Positions 58,485-64,000 of a stretch of DNA of 64,000 nt are shown in pieces. The stretch's first letter is position 1. Each line of letters starts with the position of its first letter. Both the position numbers and the translations under genes were made by a program. This DNA is from Rhizobacter sp. (GTDB lineage: Bacteria > Pseudomonadota > Gammaproteobacteria > Burkholderiales > Burkholderiaceae_C). The stretch spans positions 1,997-65,996 of the forward strand of contig JANXWV010000072.1 of assembly GCA_025350965.1 (NCBI GenBank). The letters run 5' to 3'. The notes beneath the pieces were generated by a model, which was given only the letters and a program-made list of their open reading frames with translations, was not told where the DNA came from and did no database searches.

Positions 58485-59893
58485 GGCTTGGGAAGTTCCT
58501 GGGCAGGCACGTGTGTGCCGCGCCGAGCGCGCAGGGGTATCGGCAGCATCAGGATGCCCAGGCGGGTCTTGGCCACATACACCTGCCACAGGTTGCACAC
58601 TGCCGTGGCAATGGCGTTGGCCGCTGCAGCCCCGACAGGGCCCCAGAGAGGGATCAACGCGAAGCACAACCCGACGGTGACGACCGCACCCGCGACCCCG
58701 ATGTGCCCCTGGATGCGGTGCAACCCGCTCATGTTCAGCAGGTAGCCGACCGGCCCGGTGGCGGCGTTGACGAACTGCCCGAGCGTCAGCACCAGAAGCA
58801 CGGGTGCGCCGGCCACGAACTGTGGCCCGAAGACCGACAGCACGCGCTCCGGGAACAGCACGTAAATCAGCAGCAACGGCAGCGTCGACAAGGTGCTCAG
58901 GATCGTCGAGCGAACTGCCAGCCGGGCCACGCCGTCGGCGTCGTTCGCCGCGTGCAGGGCGGCGAAGCGGGGGGCTGCCACCGCGCTCGTTGCGAGCAGC
59001 ACGAACCGCGTCAGCAGGGCCGTGCGTGCGGCGGCGGTGTAGATGCCGACCTCGGCGCTGGTGGCGAAAATGCCGAGTATCAACACGTCCGAGAACGTCA
59101 TCACCACGTCGGCCAGCGCGGAGGCATACATCGGCATGGCCGTGCCCAGCAGCGCGCGCAGCCTGAACGGTTGCGCAGCGTCGGGCCCGGCGCGCGGCAC
59201 ACTGCGCCGCCACAACACGTGAGCAGCCATGCACACCAGCAGACAACTGGCCAGGTAGAGGCCGCATGCGGCCGTGGGGCCGGTCACGCTGCTCGCGAAC
59301 AAAGCCAGCAGCGCCAGGTTGATGAGCGGCAACGCCGCGCCCTGGATGAGCGAGGACAGCGCCTGGTGATGCCCGGCCTTCAGCAACTCACCGTAGAGGT
59401 TGAACAGGCTGAACGGCAGCAGCGCCACGCTCATGAGCCGCAAGGGGCTGGCAATGGCGGCGTCGCCGTAGACGTGGGTGGCCACCCAGTCGGCCGCGAG
59501 GAAGCTGCTGGCCGCAACCACGCAGCAACCCAGCGATGCCACGCCCATGCCCATGCGGTGCAGGGCCGCGAGTCGGCTCCAGTCGCGTTGCGAATGGCTG
59601 GTCGCGCCGAACTTGAGCATCGCGGCGTCCAGGCCCAGGCGCCCGACCACACTCGCGATCAACGCGAACGTGAGCGACAGGTGGTAGATGCCCAACCCGT
59701 GCGCCCCCAGCACGCGCGCCAGTGCCACGCTGAAGCCGAACCCGAGGCCGGCGCCCACCACCCGGACGCCGAGCACCGTGCCGCTTCGAACCACCAACTC
59801 ACGCCATGGCGCGGCCGGCTCAGGCGCGCTCATTGAAGTACCTTCGTGCCGCGCACTCCGGTATTCGCTCTTGGGGCGGCCCGGCGCGCTCAT
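58481..59893 (-). CDS. Wzx-like flippase (polysaccharide transporter)
   Basis: Many TM helices, LARVLG..G.G.Y, D...LG......VGIY; probable ancestral start at 59833. Confidence 0.88.
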   Translation of the reverse strand: MSAPGRPKSEYRSARHEGTSMSAPEPAAPWRELVVRSGTVLGVRVVGAGLGFGFSVALARVLGAHGLGIYHLSLTFALIASVVGRLGLDAAMLKFGATSHSQRDWSRLAALHRMGMGVASLGCCVVAASSFLAADWVATHVYGDAAIASPLRLMSVALLPFSLFNLYGELLKAGHHQALSSLIQGAALPLINLALLALFASSVTGPTAACGLYLASCLLVCMAAHVLWRRSVPRAGPDAAQPFRLRALLGTAMPMYASALADVVMTFSDVLILGIFATSAEVGIYTAAARTALLTRFVLLATSAVAAPRFAALHAANDADGVARLAVRSTILSTLSTLPLLLIYVLFPERVLSVFGPQFVAGAPVLLVLTLGQFVNAATGPVGYLLNMSGLHRIQGHIGVAGAVVTVGLCFALIPLWGPVGAAAANAIATAVCNLWQVYVAKTRLGILMLPIPLRARRGTHVPAQELPKP

Positions 59894-61280
59894 ACCGCCT
59901 CATCGCCACCACGATGCCCGCCGCGATGCCGATGAACGCAAGGCTCGAATCCCGCATCAGGTGGGGCTCGGTGATGGATGCCAGCAGGATGCCGATCACG
60001 CTGGCGCAGACGGCCGCATTCACGCCGCGGAACCGGGTGTCGTGCCCGGTGCGGGCCCCTTGCCAGGAGAGCGCCATCACCACCCCCAGGCACCACAGCA
60101 ACAAGGCCAGCGCCGGCAGGCCCAGCTTGCTCGCGAGGTAGAGGTAGCCGTCGTGGATGTAGCGAACCTGCTCGGGCAGCGCATCGGAACGGGCGGGCGC
60201 CCGGTACGCCGCGCCCAGCCCCAGCCCCAGCAGCGGGTTCGCGGCGATCTGCGGCATGACTTGCGCAGCCTCGTAGTAACGCCAGGCTGCCGACGAGCCG
60301 TATTCGATCTCCTTGCCGACGCTGGTGGCCCGGGCGACGAAGGCATCGAGCATGGCCGGCTTGACCGCAATGAGCGCCGCGAACGCGACCGTGGCACCCA
60401 CCGCTGACCACATCAGCATCTTGCCGCTGTTGCGAACACCGAGCAGGGCCACGACCACGGCCATGCCGAGCAACACCGACCCCCATGTCGTGCGGCCGAA
60501 GGTCAGCAGAATGCCGACGGCACACAGCGACGCCAACGCCAGGAACTTGAACGTCTTGATCGACTTGAGCGCGTACCAGCCTGCGGCGATGAAGATCACG
60601 AGGATGATGATGTTGAGGCCACCGGTGTTGGAGACCGTGGCCTCGTACGACTTGACGTCCAGTGTCTCTGCGACGACCAGCCGGCCCGAGTCACCGAACA
60701 CGCGGATGTGAAAGATGCCCTGGAGTATCTGGCCCACGGAGAACAGCAGGCCGAGCACCACCAGGCCGTTGACGAAGCGCCGCAGCCGCTCGGGAGTGTC
60801 CAGCACCATCAACGCCAACGGGAAGAGCAGCAGGAACATCAGGTGCCGGCCCTCGCCCAGCACGTCTTTGGGGGGCACGCCACGAAAGAAGTAGGCATGG
60901 ACCACCGAGACCGGCACCAGCGACAGGAACAGCACGAACGGAACCCACAGCTTGAGCTCGCCCTTCTCGAACCCCTTCGAGGGCTTGCGGCCACTGGCGA
61001 CCGTGATGGCGAGCACGGCGAAGAACGAAAGATCACCGGCCCTCAGGAACCCGAAGCTGGGCAGGAATGCCTCGTGGGCAATGCCCGACACGAGGGCCAG
61101 CACCGCGAGCAAGCCATATTCCAGGCGCCACGCGAGCAGCACAAAGAAGATCGGCACCAGCGCGGTGGCGATGATGAACCAGTACGGCAGCACCGCCACC
61201 ATCAAGCCCACGATCACGCAGCCCAGCGCCAGGCCGAAGCTGAACACGACGCTTGTGACCGTCAAGGACCTCGGCAACAT
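59820..61280 (-). CDS. O-antigen ligase/Wzy-like polymerase
   Basis: Multi-TM protein with LLTFGR..W, S..WR, P.LGLGLG and IHDGYL. Confidence 0.85.
   Translation of the reverse strand: MLPRSLTVTSVVFSFGLALGCVIVGLMVAVLPYWFIIATALVPIFFVLLAWRLEYGLLAVLALVSGIAHEAFLPSFGFLRAGDLSFFAVLAITVASGRKPSKGFEKGELKLWVPFVLFLSLVPVSVVHAYFFRGVPPKDVLGEGRHLMFLLLFPLALMVLDTPERLRRFVNGLVVLGLLFSVGQILQGIFHIRVFGDSGRLVVAETLDVKSYEATVSNTGGLNIIILVIFIAAGWYALKSIKTFKFLALASLCAVGILLTFGRTTWGSVLLGMAVVVALLGVRNSGKMLMWSAVGATVAFAALIAVKPAMLDAFVARATSVGKEIEYGSSAAWRYYEAAQVMPQIAANPLLGLGLGAAYRAPARSDALPEQVRYIHDGYLYLASKLGLPALALLLWCLGVVMALSWQGARTGHDTRFRGVNAAVCASVIGILLASITEPHLMRDSSLAFIGIAAGIVVAMRRYERAGPPQERIPECAARRYFNERA
59823..59893 (-). repeat. 60-bp in-frame element bounded by an 11-bp direct repeat (ATGAGCGCGCC)
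   Basis: GGCGCGCTCAT at 59823-59833 and 59883-59893; encodes MSAPGRPKSEYRSARHEGTS. Confidence 0.78.
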
Positions 61281-61973
61281 TCAGGCTCCGGCCGCGGCGC
61301 CGAACACGCGGTCCAGCGATTTCGCGTCGAGGGCTCGCGCCAGTTCTTCGAGAAACGCCGCCTGCAACGCATGGGCGTGCGCGCCATCGGCGTCGATGCT
61401 TGACACGCGCACCAGCATGCCGTCGGCGATGACGCCGCGCAGGCCGTAGCGCATTTGCGCCAGCTTCTGGCCCACGCCGGTGGTCACCACTTCGTGGCCG
61501 ACTGCGATCCAGTAGGTGACCGGCTCGTAGCGCCAGTCGCGCTGCGTCAACAGCCGGCGAACGGGGACGTTGCGAGGCCCGATCCGCAAGCTGCCGACCT
61601 GGTTCGCAGTGACGCTGAAGCCCTGGGCGGGGTAGCACGCCTCGGGCCGGTGCGCGCCGGTGCCGTCGGACTGGTCACCGCCATACGCGACGGTCAGCAT
61701 GATCGCGTCGCCGGCGGCATTGACGTAGGTTCGCGCGAGCACCTGGTTGTAGATCGCGTCGAGCACGGCCTGCACGTCAGGTGCGGGCAGGATGGGGGTC
61801 TGCCCGGCAGCAACATGCCACTGGCCGAACGCGCTGGGGAACAGTGTTTGCAGGTTCGGCTGCCCGATCTGGTCGGCCAGGTACACGGTGGGCCGCCGCC
61901 AGGTGGCTACAGTCGAGCCCGCCACCATCAGCAGCGCCACCATCAAGGCTTGCCAACGCCGGCTGCGAATCAT
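61281..61973 (-). CDS. epsI: Exosortase-associated protein EpsI, B-type
   Basis: P..FG.W, IYNQVL.RTY, ML.VAYG.DQ, HRPE.CY..QGF, EPVTYW and DGMLVRVS. Confidence 0.9.
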   Translation of the reverse strand: MIRSRRWQALMVALLMVAGSTVATWRRPTVYLADQIGQPNLQTLFPSAFGQWHVAAGQTPILPAPDVQAVLDAIYNQVLARTYVNAAGDAIMLTVAYGGDQSDGTGAHRPEACYPAQGFSVTANQVGSLRIGPRNVPVRRLLTQRDWRYEPVTYWIAVGHEVVTTGVGQKLAQMRYGLRGVIADGMLVRVSSIDADGAHAHALQAAFLEELARALDAKSLDRVFGAAAGA

Positions 61974-62866
61974 GCCCGCTGGTTCTTTCCGACGAACGCC
62001 ACGCGCAGCACGCGGTCGAGCAGCACCATCAAGGCGAGGCCGGTCATGAAGAGAACCATGCCTGCGAAGCTGTGGATGAAGCCCTTGCCCGCAGCATCAC
62101 CGAAGTGGTAGGTCACCAGCACGAGGATCAACACGCGCAGGATGTTGGCGCAAAACGAGATCGGGATGATCAGCAACGCCAGCACCGCATTGCGGCCTGC
62201 GTTGGTGTAGTTCATCAGGTTCATGTAGAGCAGGCCCAGCGCTTCGAGCGTGAACATGCTGGTCAGGCCAGAGCAGGCGTCGGCCACCATCAGCTGGTAC
62301 GGGCCCACGCTCAGCGTCACACCGGAACGCGCCACCGGGTAGCCCACGTCGTACAGCAGATCGGCCGCCACGGCGGACACCGCCGCCTTGAGCGGTGCGG
62401 TGATCGACGCCACCACCGATGCCGGAAGCGGCACCATGAAGAACATGAACAGCAGCGGGAACCAGACCAGGCGAAGGCCCGGCCGCCCCAGGAACAGCAG
62501 CACGATGGCGAGCAGCACCACGATCTGCGAGAAGACCTCGAAGAACAGGATGTACTGCGAGCGGCCCAGTGCGTACATCAGCACACCGAGCAGCAGCAGC
62601 GGCGGGCCGATCCACGGGGCAGGGCGGGCTTGTACGGCGGCCAGTTCATGCCGCTTGGCATAGAGCAGGTACGCGCAGATCGCCAGGATGATCGGGCCGT
62701 GGCCTTGCTCGTCGCTCGTCCACACGCGCTGGGCCAGCGACACGTAGGTCGGCAGGTACATCGAGGCGAAGCCGAGCGCCAGCAAAACGAGGATCACGAG
62801 GTCGGTGCCGGGTGCAAGGAACGCCCGGCGATCAGCCGCTGCCGTGGAGGGGTCGACAGGCGGCAT
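61970..62866 (-). CDS. xrtB: Exosortase B
   Basis: W..DEQGHG, VADACSG (catalytic Cys), AN.LR and GFIH.FAG; located between epsG and epsI. Confidence 0.9.
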   Translation of the reverse strand: MPPVDPSTAAADRRAFLAPGTDLVILVLLALGFASMYLPTYVSLAQRVWTSDEQGHGPIILAICAYLLYAKRHELAAVQARPAPWIGPPLLLLGVLMYALGRSQYILFFEVFSQIVVLLAIVLLFLGRPGLRLVWFPLLFMFFMVPLPASVVASITAPLKAAVSAVAADLLYDVGYPVARSGVTLSVGPYQLMVADACSGLTSMFTLEALGLLYMNLMNYTNAGRNAVLALLIIPISFCANILRVLILVLVTYHFGDAAGKGFIHSFAGMVLFMTGLALMVLLDRVLRVAFVGKNQRA

Positions 62867-62876
62867 GGCGGGCAGC

Positions 62877-63998
62877 TCAGTTCTCGTTGACGATCACACC
62901 GGCGATCCGGGCCCGGTTCTCCGACAAGCGGGCCACCAGGTCCTGCAGCGCCACGGTGCGGGCCTTGTGCTGGCGCGCCACGAGCAATGCCGCACCGCAG
63001 CGCGCAGCGATCACCGCACCGTCGCGCCCGTAGACCGCCGCCGGCGTGTCCACGACGATGTGGTCGTACTCCGCCGCGAGTTCGCGCAGCAGCGCGCCGA
63101 AGGCGGGGCACTCCAGCAGTTCGAGCGGGTTCGGCGGTGCAATGCCCACCGGCAGCACGTACAGGCTGGGAACGCCGGCCACCTGCTGGATCGCGCGCGG
63201 GTCGGGGCGGCCCGAGAGCAAGCCCGACAACCCGGCGCGGTTCTCGAGCATGAAGACTTCATGCAGGCGCGGGCCGCGCAGGTCGGCGTCGATCAGCAGC
63301 GTGCGGCTGCCTGGCAGTTGAGCGAGCGCCACCGCCAGGTTGGCGGCCACGTAGGTCTTGCCGTCGCCGGAATCGGGGCTGATGATGGCCAGCGGGCGGC
63401 GCGCGTCGCCATCGGTCCAGAGCCGCGTCATCACCTCGCTGCGCAGCGAACGAAACGCTTCTGCCTGCGTGGAGAACGGCTGGTGCAGCACCACCAGTTC
63501 GGCACTGAGCTTGCGCTCGCCCTCGGGAATGTAGGGGTAGCGGAACTGCTGCGACAACGCGTTCAGCACGTCGTCCTGGCTCACGAACCTGAGTGCCACG
63601 GCCGCCTCGCCGAAGCGAACGGCGTGTGCCTTCTGGTACTCGACGACGCGCTTGACCTGGTCAGCGGAAAGCCGGTGCTGCGCGGCGATGATGGCGCCGA
63701 TGGAGCGGTCGTCCAGCGCATCGGCGCCCGCAGTGAGGCTCGTGCCGGCAGGCGCCCCCAGCGGCGCGGGTGCGGCGTCGCCAGCTGTCGGCTTGGCGTG
63801 CGCGCGCGGTGCCATCAAGCGCTGCTGCATTGCCGACGGGCGGCGGGCCACCCGCCCCGTCGTCGGGCGCGGCATCACGCTGATCACCGGCAGGCCGAGG
63901 AAGGCCGCCACATCACCGGCACTGCGTGCCCGGCGGTCGCGAAGTTCCAGCAGCAAGGGCACGGCGGCTGCGAGCAGCGCGCCGATCAGGACCGCGAG
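62877..63998 (-). CDS. epsG: EpsG chain-length tyrosine kinase, in frame with an EpsF-like C-terminus (5'-truncated by the window)
   Basis: DRSIG..RFGEAAV, EAFRSLR, GDGKT, IDADLR, PPNP.ELL and VDTP; frame open upstream through a TM helix and LELRDRR. Confidence 0.88.
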   Translation of the reverse strand, partial: LAVLIGALLAAAVPLLLELRDRRARSAGDVAAFLGLPVISVMPRPTTGRVARRPSAMQQRLMAPRAHAKPTAGDAAPAPLGAPAGTSLTAGADALDDRSIGAIIAAQHRLSADQVKRVVEYQKAHAVRFGEAAVALRFVSQDDVLNALSQQFRYPYIPEGERKLSAELVVLHQPFSTQAEAFRSLRSEVMTRLWTDGDARRPLAIISPDSGDGKTYVAANLAVALAQLPGSRTLLIDADLRGPRLHEVFMLENRAGLSGLLSGRPDPRAIQQVAGVPSLYVLPVGIAPPNPLELLECPAFGALLRELAAEYDHIVVDTPAAVYGRDGAVIAARCGAALLVARQHKARTVALQDLVARLSENRARIAGVIVNEN

Positions 63999-64000
63999 CG

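Overview
High-GC betaproteobacterial DNA (Burkholderiales-like, inferred from the Bug/TctC protein, the exosortase B/EpsI pair and the attC style) with four parts. (1) 1-12.3 kb: an S8 subtilase ending in a perfect (GLTMAE)x7 tail next to a membrane-sensor PAS-GGDEF-EAL gene, an AraC/Bug/TPP-enzyme unit, a dead IS5 element, a crotonase and a decayed second copy of the TPP gene 3' end. (2) 12.4-18.4 kb, accessory: a PEP-CTERM metallopeptidase, IS66 remnants and a decayed integron cassette array with no integrase in the window. One attC is split by a complete cargo-carrying IS1595 element (25-bp IRs, 8-bp TSD, unknown gene + PIN gene); the next attC is cut off by an IS110/IS1111 remnant. (3) 18.5-49.1 kb: a ~30-kb beta-1,3-glucan (laminarin-type) utilisation locus with glk, LacI, an ABC transporter, GH1, 2x GH16, 3x GH17, GH30, GH81, a GH149-like phosphorylase, a porin instead of SusCD, CBM-array lipoproteins and PEP-CTERM proteins. 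(4) 49.2-64 kb: an EPS/exosortase B cluster. Nine copies of the operator TGAAAGCG(A/C)TTTCA link parts 3 and 4, and one ~83%-identical CBM-like domain is displayed both on a 9-repeat lipoprotein stalk and on a PEP-CTERM anchor. All family assignments come from motifs recognised by eye; no database searches were run.
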